DNA from: Octopus bimaculoides
Taxonomy: Eukaryota
Assembly (NCBI RefSeq): GCF_001194135.2
Contig: NC_068981.1
Span: forward strand, 116,203,587-116,267,586
Direction: 5' to 3'
DNA length: 64,000 nucleotides
Position 1 is the first letter of the stretch. Each line of letters opens with the position of its first letter. The notes below the pieces were generated by a model. It saw only the letters and a list, made by a program, of their open reading frames with translations. It made no database searches and was not told where the DNA came from. Position numbers and translations under genes: made by a program. This document shows, in pieces, positions 26,501 to 39,767 of this stretch.

Positions 26501-26553
<53 letters not shown>
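26500..26553. repeat. (AAT)n microsatellite, first of a series (also 27414-27512, 30940-31091, 31765-31784, 32334-32393, 32861-32964, 33801-33886)
   Basis: Direct reading of the sequence. Confidence 0.95.
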
Positions 26554-26554
<1 letters not shown>

Positions 26555-26596
26555 GAGGGGTTTATCATAGCAGCCCAAGATCAATGCCTACCTACA
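26554..26596 (+). mobile_element. Start of a 5'-truncated Dong-type LINE running into the 817-N gap
   Basis: Encodes EGFIIAAQDQCLPT, the conserved block that precedes the CCHC knuckle of R4/Dong elements (compare EALICAAQEQALMT at ~33230). Confidence 0.6.
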
Positions 26597-27413
26597 NNNN
26601 NNNNNNNNNNNNNNNNNNNNNNNNNNNNNNNNNNNNNNNNNNNNNNNNNNNNNNNNNNNNNNNNNNNNNNNNNNNNNNNNNNNNNNNNNNNNNNNNNNNN
26701 NNNNNNNNNNNNNNNNNNNNNNNNNNNNNNNNNNNNNNNNNNNNNNNNNNNNNNNNNNNNNNNNNNNNNNNNNNNNNNNNNNNNNNNNNNNNNNNNNNNN
26801 NNNNNNNNNNNNNNNNNNNNNNNNNNNNNNNNNNNNNNNNNNNNNNNNNNNNNNNNNNNNNNNNNNNNNNNNNNNNNNNNNNNNNNNNNNNNNNNNNNNN
26901 NNNNNNNNNNNNNNNNNNNNNNNNNNNNNNNNNNNNNNNNNNNNNNNNNNNNNNNNNNNNNNNNNNNNNNNNNNNNNNNNNNNNNNNNNNNNNNNNNNNN
27001 NNNNNNNNNNNNNNNNNNNNNNNNNNNNNNNNNNNNNNNNNNNNNNNNNNNNNNNNNNNNNNNNNNNNNNNNNNNNNNNNNNNNNNNNNNNNNNNNNNNN
27101 NNNNNNNNNNNNNNNNNNNNNNNNNNNNNNNNNNNNNNNNNNNNNNNNNNNNNNNNNNNNNNNNNNNNNNNNNNNNNNNNNNNNNNNNNNNNNNNNNNNN
27201 NNNNNNNNNNNNNNNNNNNNNNNNNNNNNNNNNNNNNNNNNNNNNNNNNNNNNNNNNNNNNNNNNNNNNNNNNNNNNNNNNNNNNNNNNNNNNNNNNNNN
27301 NNNNNNNNNNNNNNNNNNNNNNNNNNNNNNNNNNNNNNNNNNNNNNNNNNNNNNNNNNNNNNNNNNNNNNNNNNNNNNNNNNNNNNNNNNNNNNNNNNNN
27401 NNNNNNNNNNNNN

Positions 27414-27502
<89 letters not shown>

Positions 27503-27579
27503 TAATAATAATAGAGAAACACAAACGCTTCTTCCGAGAAAATACAGAATTTGAATTAAACATTAAAAGTTATTCGCAA

Positions 27580-27837
27580 ATCCCAACATATACCGAGTAA
27601 TTAGTTATATTCATTTGACATTATGCCAACACTACTACATACAAAGCAAGCAAGAAATGGTATAAATATGTACCAAACAAGGTTCAGGACAACGATCAGA
27701 CCACAATGATTTGAGATATGCCGGTTCAAACCGACAAAGAAATCGAAACGAACCACCCGGTCATAATAAGCAAAGATTGGGAAAAAATAACTGCTCATTG
27801 ATAGATATTGCAGTTCCTACTGAACAGGATATTGCTT
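27580..27837 (+). mobile_element. Dong-type LINE restriction-like endonuclease fragment
   Basis: WYKYVPNKVQDNDQTTMI*DMPVQTDKEIETNHPVII...LIDIAVP, corresponding to the TD..I.ANRPDI...LID motif. Confidence 0.7.
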
Positions 27838-27849
27838 CCATACCATGTC

Positions 27850-28090
27850 CCCACTCGGATCCTTCCCCTGCTCCTTCCTTCACTTTCATACATGCTCTTT
27901 CCTTTCTCATACCACCTTTCTGAGGGAACATAACCACACCACTTTCCTCATTAGAGAATACTTCCGCTGCACATACATTAGGTTAACCTAATGTCTCCTT
28001 TGTGATGTTTTCTATATCTGGCATACCGACCGCCGACTCACTGATAAATTCACACCACGAGGATATTCAACTTAGCAACTAGTCTCCTAT
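27850..28090 (+). mobile_element. Penelope-like GIY-YIG fragment, degenerate
   Basis: FRCT...CLLCDVFYIWHTDRRLTDKFT resembles the C..C...YIGQT.R.L..RF.EH motif. Confidence 0.5.
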
Positions 28091-28216
28091 GTGTATGTAT
28101 TGTGTGTAACGATGGGGTCACCACTGTTGTAACCTTTTATATGCAGCAATTTATATGTAGCTGGAATGAATTATTATTCATTGAAATGGCCCACTCTTTT
28201 CATCGTTAGAATGTAT

Positions 28217-28325
28217 GACAACCCGTCTTATAAGGGTACACCAGGCACATGCATCACAACCATATATGCGCGACATGCCGATCTTAAGATCAAGATTAAC
28301 AGCACGTGACCTTGCAGGAGGGGAC
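28217..28325 (-). mobile_element. Partial second copy of the ~550 bp (AAT)-embedded element
   Basis: Collinear with the reverse complement of ~32156-32264 (ccgtct.ataa...cacatgca..acaaccata...tcaagat...cttgcagg.gggg). Confidence 0.75.
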
Positions 28326-28334
28326 CATGTTAAA

Positions 28335-30940
28335 AGTAATAATAATCATAATAATAAAAGTAAAAATCTCAACGATTCTATGTGGCGAAAGGATTAGAAA
28401 ACGATAACATTCCCACAAAAAGCCTTCTTGGCAAGAGCGTATCAACACCAAATTAAGCTACTCAGGTCTGACAGAGAATGTTTTTAGAAACCTTAAGTCT
28501 GACAAGACTATCAAACCTACAAATCCCCGAAATTTAATGAAAAAATATAATATGAAAACAATACTTGACATTGATAACACCATAAAAACCATCAAGCAAA
28601 TGTATGTGCTAAAGCTGCCCCCATAGCAAGGTATGAAAAGCGCGCTAGATTCTTCAGGGACAACAACATGGTCAAAAATAACCTCAAACATTTTTACAGG
28701 AAGATAGGGAAAATACCAGTTACAGTAAAATCTGTCCCATCAAGAGAAGTGCAGGAATTTTGGAATAAAATTTGGGCAGAAGAAGAAACACACAATGAAA
28801 AGGCCTCTTGGATTGATAGAATATCTACAGACTCTTTTGAGGGGCAAAAGTGGGAGTGTGTCAATGTAGAAGATATAACATCTGCTCTCAGGAGGTCAAG
28901 CAAATGGAAGTTTCCAGGAAAGGATAAAATTCCTAACTTCTGGTTGAATGCCTTCCCAGAGAGCCATGAACTGCTAACGATGTTTGGCAACATCCTAGTA
29001 TGATACCCTCTTGACTAGTTAATGGTTTAACATTCCTACTTCCAAAAAATGAAGAAACAAATGAACCAAAAAATTATCGACGCATAACCTGCTTAACAAC
29101 AATGTAAAACACGCTAACATCTGTCCTGACTGAATATACCTATAGTTTCTTAATAGAAAGTAGCATATTCCCTAATGAGCAAAAAGGATGTAATCGTGGA
29201 TCTTATGGTTGTAAAGATCAGGTACTTATCAATAAGATGATTTTAGAAGAATGTCATAAACGACACAAAATCTTGTCAATAGCCTGGATAGACTATAAAA
29301 AAGCTTTTGATAGCCTACCACATAGCTGGATTAAGAAATGTCTGGAAATGTATAAAATAGCTCCTACTCTGCGAAACATTTTGTCTGTAAGCATGAGATC
29401 ATGGAGGAACACTCTGACTTTGAACAGTGACAATGAATCTCTAAATGCTGGTGATGTAAGAATTACATGTGGCATTTTCCAGGGTGACTCACTATCAACA
29501 CTCCTCTTTTGTCTAACCTTAATTCCTTTTTCAAAATTGCTCAATGATGCACAATACGGTTATAAAATGTTTGATAAAAATATAAATCATCTCATTTACA
29601 TGGGTGATTTAAAGCTCTTTGCAAAAAATAACCAACAACTCAAGGGCTTACTAGCGATTGTTAAACAATTCAGTGATGACATCAGGATGCAATTTGGCCT
29701 CGATAAATGTACAAAAGCTACCTTTATCAAAGGAAAAATTACAAAAACATCTAATGCGAACCTTGACCAGCAAAATGGCATAAAAGAGTGAGTTAGAACC
29801 AGCAGAGAGCTACAAATACCTAGAGGTAATTGAAGGGGACGGAATCAAACATTCAGTGATGAGGGAAAGGATCAGAAGAGAATGTTATCGCAGGGTGAGT
29901 GCAATACTCAAGACAGAGCTGAATGCAAGAAACAGGATCGAAGCGATCAATACTTTAGCCATACCAGTCGTGACTTACAGTTTCAATATAAGTAACTGGT
30001 TAATTACTGAAATATGTAATCTTGACAGAAAAATGCGAAAATTGTTGACAATGCATAGAATGCACCATCCTAGATCGACTTTATCTGCCAAGAAAAGAGG
30101 GAGGCTGTGGATTTTACAACTGGCATTAACAATGAAGATTACCACAATCGGCCTGGACACCTACATGAAAAACTCTGAGGACTGGATATTAAAACTTGTC
30201 TCAAAACCTGAATACAAGAAAGCATCATACTCAGTAACAAAATAGGCAAAGGAATATATAAGTGAATTCCAGAATTTGACGTACTAGAAACAAGCAGAGA
30301 AAAAGCTATGCGTATGAAAACCCGTACTAAAACTGCTGCTTTAGATATTCTTGCTGATTAATTGCAAGAAAAAATTTTCAATGGCAGATACCCAAAGAGA
30401 GCGATCAATGCCGATGTTGACAAAGACCTTACCCATCAATGGCTAATGGCTTCATGTTTAAAATCAGAAACAGAAGAATTTATCATAGTAGGAACTACCA
30501 GGCCATCATATTAAAGAACGGCAGCTACCCAACATGTCGTAATATATCAACAACAAAATGAAACCACTGATCATGTTGTCTCCATGTGCAGTTTTCTTGC
30601 GCCTACAGAATATCTCAACAGGCATGACAGAGCTGCACAATATATTCACTGGGTAATTTTCAAAAACCTTGACTTGCCCCATAATAAAAACTGGTGGGAA
30701 CACAAACCACCTCCAGTGCTTGAAAATGGTCACATCTCACTCCTCTAGAACTTCGCCATTCAAACTGACAGAAAGATAGATGCGAATAGGCCAGACATCA
30801 TATTGAAAGACTTCAGACAAAAATCATGCCTCCTCATTGATATGATTGTCCCAATCGATATAAACGTATCTGACTTTTGAGGTCTTTGGGTGAGACTTGG
30901 AGCCTACTTGTACAAATGCAGAGCAAAAGTGAAATATATA
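28335..30940 (+). mobile_element. R4/Dong-type RLE LINE, 5'-truncated and inactivated (RT, CCHC region, partial RLE, 3' UTR, (AAT)n tail)
   Basis: KWKFPGKDKIPNFW, EPKNYRRITCL, EQKGC..GSYGCKDQ, AWIDYKKAFDSLPHSW, GIFQGDSLS, HLIYMGDLKL (YMDD->YMGD), FGLDKC, ELNARNRIEAINTLAIPV, HDRAAQYIHW and TDRKIDANRPDII...LLID. It has multiple stops and frameshifts. Confidence 0.92.
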
Positions 30941-30943
30941 ATG

Positions 30944-30977
<34 letters not shown>

Positions 30978-30999
30978 CAACAACAACAACAACAACAAC

Positions 31000-31091
<92 letters not shown>

Positions 31092-31466
31092 NNNNNNNNN
31101 NNNNNNNNNNNNNNNNNNNNNNNNNNNNNNNNNNNNNNNNNNNNNNNNNNNNNNNNNNNNNNNNNNNNNNNNNNNNNNNNNNNNNNNNNNNNNNNNNNNN
31201 NNNNNNNNNNNNNNNNNNNNNNNNNNNNNNNNNNNNNNNNNNNNNNNNNNNNNNNNNNNNNNNNNNNNNNNNNNNNNNNNNNNNNNNNNNNNNNNNNNNN
31301 NNNNNNNNNNNNNNNNNNNNNNNNNNNNNNNNNNNNNNNNNNNNNNNNNNNNNNNNNNNNNNNNNNNNNNNNNNNNNNNNNNNNNNNNNNNNNNNNNNNN
31401 NNNNNNNNNNNNNNNNNNNNNNNNNNNNNNNNNNNNNNNNNNNNNNNNNNNNNNNNNNNNNNNNNN

Positions 31467-31764
31467 CTGGAAATAGAGATAACTCGAATGTGGAGTCTAA
31501 AAACAGAAACAATTCCTATCATAGTAGGTGCTTTAGGTATAATAAAAAAATACTCAGACAAATACATAACAAAAATACCAGGACTTACAAATATATGTAA
31601 CATACAGAAAATTGCACTACTGGGTACTGCACACATTCTACGCAAAACACTTTCAATACAGTAAACATAAAAGCACCACAGCAAACCACAGCACATACCC
31701 AAGGCGCACAGAGCTGCGCTCGGTAGTGAAGTGAAAGCACGTTATAAAAATAAAACTACTGAAC
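31467..31764 (+). mobile_element. Dong-type LINE 3' end (subfamily with ...gcgctcggtagtgaagtgaaagcacg 3' UTR)
   Basis: [21 protein letters not shown]...IQKIALLGTAHILRKTLSIQ*, then the UTR and an (AAT)n tail. Confidence 0.85.
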
Positions 31765-31784
31765 AATAATAATAATAATAATAA

Positions 31785-32333
31785 ATGCCCTGACGCAGTA
31801 CCAAACAGTGGCTCTCATGACTTTTGATCTTAACTGATTCGAAGTTTTATCATGTACATTGTTTCGTCTTGGTATAAAAGACGAGCTACAATAAATATTC
31901 TGCTCAATACCACTGATTTGCTTGACCTTAACCATTTGAGCATGTCCTTTAGTGACTGACGATATGTGCATCTCTGATCACGACCAGAGGCAGTAGAGGA
32001 GCTTCATAGCCACGTATTGAGAGGAACTATTTGGGGGTTGAATAAATCACTTCTGGAAACATGAGTGTTTTATTCATCATCCTTAAAACAAACCTTATTC
32101 CCCTGCTAACCTCTTGAGTGGAATGGGCTACTCGACCTGAAGAAATTTCTAATTGGGCCCCACCTGCAAGTTCATGCGCTATTTATCTTGATATGAAATT
32201 ACCCTGTTGCGCACTTATGGTTGTAGTGCATGTACCTGATGTATCTTTATCAGACGGGTAGTCGTAATGGGTATATTATACTTCGTATATTTGTACCCGT
32301 GTCACCTTGATGGCATGCACTGCTCTCTCATTC
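31785..32333 (+). mobile_element. Unclassified ~550 bp non-coding repeat flanked on both sides by (AAT)n
   Basis: Sharp boundaries against (AAT)n, a partial second copy at 28217-28325, and no ORF homology or pol III boxes seen. Confidence 0.6.
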
Positions 32334-32340
32334 AATAATG

Positions 32341-32964
<624 letters not shown>

Positions 32965-32965
32965 C

Positions 32966-33800
32966 AACAGAGTTTGATCAGTTGCCGGGACTGTATCGAA
33001 ACAGAGGAAAACAGCTTAGAGTGGTATATAAAAAATGCCGTGGAGTCATTGTTGAAACATACGAAGAAGGCTGAAAATTGTGTAATGAGAGAAAAATTTA
33101 AACAAGACATGAACAGAAAAAAAAAGGAAAAAGCCATGGAAGGAAAAGAAAGTGTATGATCAGTTTGGCAGAGATGTGAACGCCAAGACGGTGGATATGG
33201 ATGAGGAGGAGTGACATGCAGATAGAGACAGAAGCACTCATATGCGCAGCTCAAGAACAAGCGTTAATGACCAACTATGTGAAGTGCAGAATAGACAATA
33301 CTACCGACAGCGAAAATGCAGAATGTTTGGTGAGAGGAGTGCAACGGTATGGCACATCGTTAACGAGTGCCCGAAATTGGCACAACACGAATATAAAAGA
33401 CACCATGACAATGTGAGAAGAATGAACCATTGGCAGCTCTGTGGAAATCACGGTCTACAAAGACATAGCATGCCTCGGTGACAACAGGTTCAATGTGAAA
33501 GAAGAAATAAAATAAACAACTATGGCGATTTGAAGTGGGACATACGAAGGTTCTGGTCAATGAGGAGAGGAGACGTGATACCAATAGTAATTGGTATACT
33601 TGGACGTATCAGCACTTAACTACCAGTACGACTAAAAAAAGAAAGTAGAACACCTACAAAAGTCAGCATTGATTGGAATTGCAAGAGGTTCGCAGCGTTC
33701 TGGAAGCATGACCAGTAAAAATATGTCACCTTAGTCTGCTGCCTGTAGATATCTAACACTTTCCATCATACCCAGCAAAATAAACTGAGTTTTTATCACA
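32966..33800 (+). mobile_element. Dong-type LINE 3' fragment, third subfamily, internally deleted
   Basis: ISCRDCIETEENSL, IETEALICAAQEQALMTNYVKCRID, CRMFGERSATVWHIVNECPKLAQHEYKRHHDNV (decayed CCHC), IPIVIGILG, a distinct 3' UTR and an (AAT)n tail. Confidence 0.85.
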
Positions 33801-33801
33801 A

Positions 33802-33887
<86 letters not shown>

Positions 33888-34622
33888 GAGAGTGAGAAAA
33901 ATATTACGAACAAAGATAAATTCATATGTTGTTATTGAAGCTTGGGTTATGTGAGAGAAGGAAGTTAAAAAAGATATGGTTAATAATCCATCAATCCATC
34001 ATTGTGCCCTACACAAGTGCATATGTGTTCGATGACCGTAATAAATTAGAATTGGGATGATCTAGGAGACAGAGTAAATCAATTGAGAATGAGTAGTATT
34101 AGGATAGGATACGACCGGATAGCGCTAAGCAGTGATGGCCGGATGCATCAGTTTATTGTGGTAGCTTGAAACGAGTTTAGTTTGAAGCAACACTTATAGG
34201 CAAACAAGGGGACAAACTAGATGTGTGGGTGTGTAGCTGCCGAAGAATGCTGAAGATTCTCGATGTGTTTGCAATTGTTGTAGTGGTGAGAGGGGACTGG
34301 AGAGGTCAGATAAATTGCTGTATAGTTTAATGTTTCCTGATCAGACATTTTGATTCTGGAGTGTTCTAGGGCAGCCGGCGATTCTTCTATTGGTTGAGAA
34401 CTGTCCACCAAGCAATAGCTCCAAGCTTCATCAGCTGAATGTTGTATTGAAACAGGATTTAAGAACCGGAAGTACAAGCATTTTAAATTCACAAATTATT
34501 GATACAGATCATCAACAGTTTGTAATGTTAAGTTTATATTATAGAAAATACTTGGATATCAGGATTTCAAAACAAAATTAAAAATATATGCATCTGTATA
34601 TTGCATATATGTATCTGTATAT

Positions 34623-34664
<42 letters not shown>

Positions 34665-34954
34665 NNNNNNNNNNNNNNNNNNNNNNNNNNNNNNNNNNNN
34701 NNNNNNNNNNNNNNNNNNNNNNNNNNNNNNNNNNNNNNNNNNNNNNNNNNNNNNNNNNNNNNNNNNNNNNNNNNNNNNNNNNNNNNNNNNNNNNNNNNNN
34801 NNNNNNNNNNNNNNNNNNNNNNNNNNNNNNNNNNNNNNNNNNNNNNNNNNNNNNNNNNNNNNNNNNNNNTGTGTGTATGTATGATTTTGTCTGTTTATGT
34901 CTCCATGAATGTAACTTGTTACTTGGACTATAACTTTTAATATATGTGTATCTA

Positions 34955-35170
34955 AAGACGGTGAGATGGAAGTTTCGTTAGCATGTGGGGAAAAGTACTT
35001 AGCAACATTTCGACCATCTTTGAACGTTCTGAGTTCCAACGCCGCCGTGGCCGACTTTGCCTTTTATCCTTTCGGTTCGATAAAATATGTACCAGTAGAA
35101 AACTAGGGTCAATGTAATTGACTTGCTCCCTCCTCTGAAATTGCTGGCTTTGTGCCAATATTTAAAACCA
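34955..35170 (+). mobile_element. tRNA-related SINE, second family
   Basis: gttagca...cttagc...atttcg...gttctgagttc...gccgactttgcctttt atcctttcgg...gataaaata..taccagt. A minus-strand relative of the head lies at ~26390-26475. Confidence 0.65.
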
Positions 35171-36817
35171 AAATATGTGTAATGAAATGAAGTGAGAACA
35201 ATTTCATGTAAATTTATTCGCAGTTACGTAATAATGATTAAGGCGGGGCGGATGAATTCACTAATGTTATCCTTATGCACTTTTATACATTATCTAAGCC
35301 TTCAACTTCTTTATGATCCTTATAATCCCGCATTTTTTGCAGGTTTATTCAACGTTTGAATTATTCTCTGACTTATTAAACACCTACACGTTGCATACAT
35401 ACATATATAGATACATACCTATGTAGGTTTGTATAATTTAAAATTTGATCAGCTGCTGAAGATTTAAACGATATTGAAGATTTGAATCGTATCTAATGTC
35501 GATGAGAAAATACAAACATACATACTTATATATCTATATATGTATGCAAAACGTGCAAGTGTTATTTATTGTTGTCGAATTATTCTCATATTAATTTTAT
35601 TGCTGTAGTTATATTGGTACTGATAATGAGTATGAAGACAATGAATATTATGACAGTGATACTGGATAGTGACAATCGCTGTTGGATTTGGAGCAGATAA
35701 CTGTGAATTATGAAGAATTATTTTAAATTTAAGGAAGTGTATTGTCAGTTACATATCATAAAGATACATAGCGTTCTCCTTTATAATACAATATCTTCAT
35801 GGCACTGTTATTCTTTTTATTTCTACGAGATGTTAAACGAAAGGACTAATCTCTCACAAAAGAAGTAAATAAAATAGCTAATCTAGAAATAGTGGAAATG
35901 TGTGAATGGTTCTGAATTCTACTCTTTAGCGATAAACTATCACACCTATTTGAAGTAATTCTGAATGAGAACCATGTACATTAAATGACGATACATTGCT
36001 TTCCACTGCACTCAACTTCCTCTAATCCAAAGTATAAGTCATTTTAAAATTAACGCAGCATCTTGTTCTAAAGTTTATATTTCTTGATCTGTTGTATGCA
36101 TCCAGTTAATCTCATTTAATTTCTTTTGCAAACATAAGATCCATAGCTTCCAATTTCGCTCCGTCTATATACCTCATGTATAGCAGAGATTTAGAAATAT
36201 CGTATCTTCAAATCTCAGTTTACACAGCAATTGTAATGAAATATCATCAATAAAAATATGCCTGCAACATTTATAATCTAATTACTTTCACCACATTAAA
36301 TTAGAGAATGCATCTACACTTTTATGAATACTGACTTCTCTAAAGTAAATATTAGGCTAAATCTCAATGTTAAAAACAGAGCATATATGTCTGGTAATAA
36401 AAGAATCGCAGTTTCACTGCCTTTAGCATCAAAATGTCATTTGGAAGCAGATATATTGTTCGTACGAGACGAATTCCTTTAAAGAGGAGAAATAAACGAG
36501 TCAAAATGTGTCTTTCCAGATAACTTTAAATCCTATTGTAGCATCTAATTATATTTCCAGAAAATAACTTTGTTTAACGTAAGTGTCCAAATCTACAATA
36601 GTCATTCTATACGCTATCCATTAAGTACGATATTTAATTCTATATAATAAAGTATATCGTCAGTAATTGCTATTCTCTTGCAATTTTAATAAAACTAAAG
36701 ATATTAGTTACCTTTATGCAAAACGTTTAAAACTACATATAATTAGTTGTGAATTAGTGTCAAAAAATATTTTAACGAATTTTCGTATTAAGAAATTAAA
36801 TATTACTCAGCATATAT

Positions 36818-37012
36818 TCTTTATCTTGTTTCAGTCATTTGACTGTGGCCATAATTGAGCACCGCCCTAAATGGTTTTAGTCGAAGAAATCAATCCCGAA
36901 GCTTATTCTTTGTAAGCATAGTACTCATTGCATCGTTGTCTTTTGCCGAACCGATAAGTTACAGGGATGTACATACATCAATTTCGGTTGTCAGGTGATG
37001 GTGGAGGGACAA

Positions 37013-37044
<32 letters not shown>

Positions 37045-37202
37045 GATGGGCTTCTTTCAGTTTCCGTCTACCAAATCCATTAAAATTACTCGGTTCGAAG
37101 CTATAATAGAAGATACTTGTCCAAAGTGCCACGCAGTGGGAGTGAACCCGGAACCATGTGGCTGTGAAGCAAGCTTCTAACCATAGAACCACGCTTGCAC
37201 CT
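36818..37202 (-). mobile_element. tRNA-derived SINE with internal (CA)n
   Basis: Reverse-complement homologue of 7792-8150, with head ...gttccgggttcactcccactgcgtggcactttggacaagtatcttct. Confidence 0.8.
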
Positions 37203-38687
37203 ATATGTTGATAAATTATAGTAGTTCTTTTAGAGCATACTTAGTAAAGCTAGAATAAATTTGAAGTATAAATATATTAAAAGTTATATAAAACATTTTA
37301 GAAACATGTAAATATAAGATATAAGATTTAAACTTAAAATTAATCTTTAAATTATTCAGTACAATCTTACCTCCAAAACTGTTCAATATACCCAGGAAGA
37401 CCATTTCTCTATCAATGCCTTTGCAAATGATACTATCACTACAATACTTACTTGTGATAACTCTCTGAAATGTTTCTAGTCAATTGCGGGGCATCAAATT
37501 TAGTCACTTGTTTGTCGACAGTATAGCGCGTGTAATGGGTTTTTTTTTCATTCTATCAAATATATACACCTTGTTCACAATAAATTATGAGTTACATGAT
37601 TATTCAATGATATTAATATTAATTTCACAAAATCATAAAAATCGGTGTTATGCTAACAAATGCCATGCTTTAACAGATGGAAAATTACCAGTTAATAACA
37701 AGGGCATTACGATCAAAAGGCGAACAAAAGCCAGTCATTTGTTTTCATAAAGATCAAAGGCTCCGTTGGAAAAGTACACAAATTCTAAATGACATCTACA
37801 AAATTACATCAATAAAAAAATCTCCACCCAGCAACTCAAAACAAAAACTTAACAGACTTGTCGCATAAAGTTAACGTTGTACAAACAAAACACACCCTTA
37901 TACCCACATTTACAAGGGAATACACGCTATAATACTTATCTGTATTATAACAAACATGAAAACATTACTCCTTTAGTTGCTTCATACACCAAGTAATATC
38001 CTAACAAACAATAGAGCAAAAGAATTTAACATAATACAAGCGTACATTTCCAGTAAATATATGATCTCACGCAGGGTAAGTTTCATAATATCTTTCACTC
38101 TATTCAATGACTCTAGATAATAGGATCCCTAGATGCTGAAAAGTGCTTTATCCGTGCCCCAGTCAGCATCAGAAAGGCTCCGAAACATTGTGAAAATGTA
38201 GAACGAAAACATGTATCACAAAACGACTGCAAAATTTTCTGGTAATTTATACCCCAGAACATATTTTGCTATCAAAGAAGAATGTCTCTTTCTTCATAGG
38301 CGAATAAGAGCGCCACATATTGTGGGTTTTAATACTACAAATATTTAGAAGTATCAAATGTCCATTAAATAAGTAAGCATTAAAGCGTAAATACGATGCG
38401 AAATGATGACTTCCGTAGTATTTCTAATGTAACCATAACACGCAAAAGACTTCATCAAATGTTGGGGTAAGTTACAACAATCAATAAATCACCAAGACCT
38501 ATATATCAATACGCAAAGTACCAGATGCCTAATATTAACGTCCTAAACATCTTACTATTCATAAGACAAAATGAATATATATACATAGAAATACAAAAAT
38601 GGAGGGAATAGGTGGTATTCATCAACTTGCAGACATTGTACTGTGTTAAGAATGATATTTTTTTCACCGTTGTTACAGTCATCTAAA

Positions 38688-39097
38688 ATGAAACGTAAAG
38701 TGCGGTATTCGAGAAATTTTGCTCTTCAAATTCAAAAAAGGACGCAAAGCGGCTGAAACTGCTCGTGATATGAACGAAACGTTTGGTTAGAAAATGACCA
38801 GTGAGTGGTTAGCTTGAAAATGAGCGTTGTCATCGATGACTGTCAATTAAAGACTGTCATTGAGAAAGACCCACGTAAAACCACTCGAGAACTGGCAATA
38901 GAACTTCAAGTTAGCCAGAAAACTGCCTGCAGCCATTTGCATGCGATCGGAAAATCAAAAAAATCTCAAATATGTGTACCTCACGATTTGAATGAAAATC
39001 AGAAAATGCACAGATATGAAATTTGCTCGTCTCTTCTCCCTAATCAGACCGATCCATTTTTCGACCGTATTGTAACTTGCGATGAAAAGTGGTTTCT
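38688..39097 (+). mobile_element. mariner transposase 5' fragment (HTH to first catalytic D), truncated by a gap
   Basis: FKKGRKAAETARDMNETFG, IEKDPRKTTRELAIELQVSQKT, CVPHDL (WVPHEL motif) and FFDRIVTCDEKWF. Confidence 0.85.
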
Positions 39098-39674
39098 NNN
39101 NNNNNNNNNNNNNNNNNNNNNNNNNNNNNNNNNNNNNNNNNNNNNNNNNNNNNNNNNNNNNNNNNNNNNNNNNNNNNNNNNNNNNNNNNNNNNNNNNNNN
39201 NNNNNNNNNNNNNNNNNNNNNNNNNNNNNNNNNNNNNNNNNNNNNNNNNNNNNNNNNNNNNNNNNNNNNNNNNNNNNNNNNNNNNNNNNNNNNNNNNNNN
39301 NNNNNNNNNNNNNNNNNNNNNNNNNNNNNNNNNNNNNNNNNNNNNNNNNNNNNNNNNNNNNNNNNNNNNNNNNNNNNNNNNNNNNNNNNNNNNNNNNNNN
39401 NNNNNNNNNNNNNNNNNNNNNNNNNNNNNNNNNNNNNNNNNNNNNNNNNNNNNNNNNNNNNNNNNNNNNNNNNNNNNNNNNNNNNNNNNNNNNNNNNNNN
39501 NNNNNNNNNNNNNNNNNNNNNNNNNNNNNNNNNNNNNNNNNNNNNNNNNNNNNNNNNNNNNNNNNNNNNNNNNNNNNNNNNNNNNNNNNNNNNNNNNNNN
39601 NNNNNNNNNNNNNNNNNNNNNNNNNNNNNNNNNNNNNNNNNNNNNNNNNNNNNNNNNNNNNNNNNNNNNNNNNN

Positions 39675-39709
<35 letters not shown>

Positions 39710-39767
39710 CCGATAACATGTCCATGTTTACTTTACGTGGTTGTCAAGAAAGTTCTTGTGGTCTTTA

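Noticed and set aside
29598-29606. RT YMDD->YMGD (GAT->GGT) as a possible trace of A-to-I edited template RNA
   Set aside because: It is a single change; other substitutions in the copy show no A>G bias.
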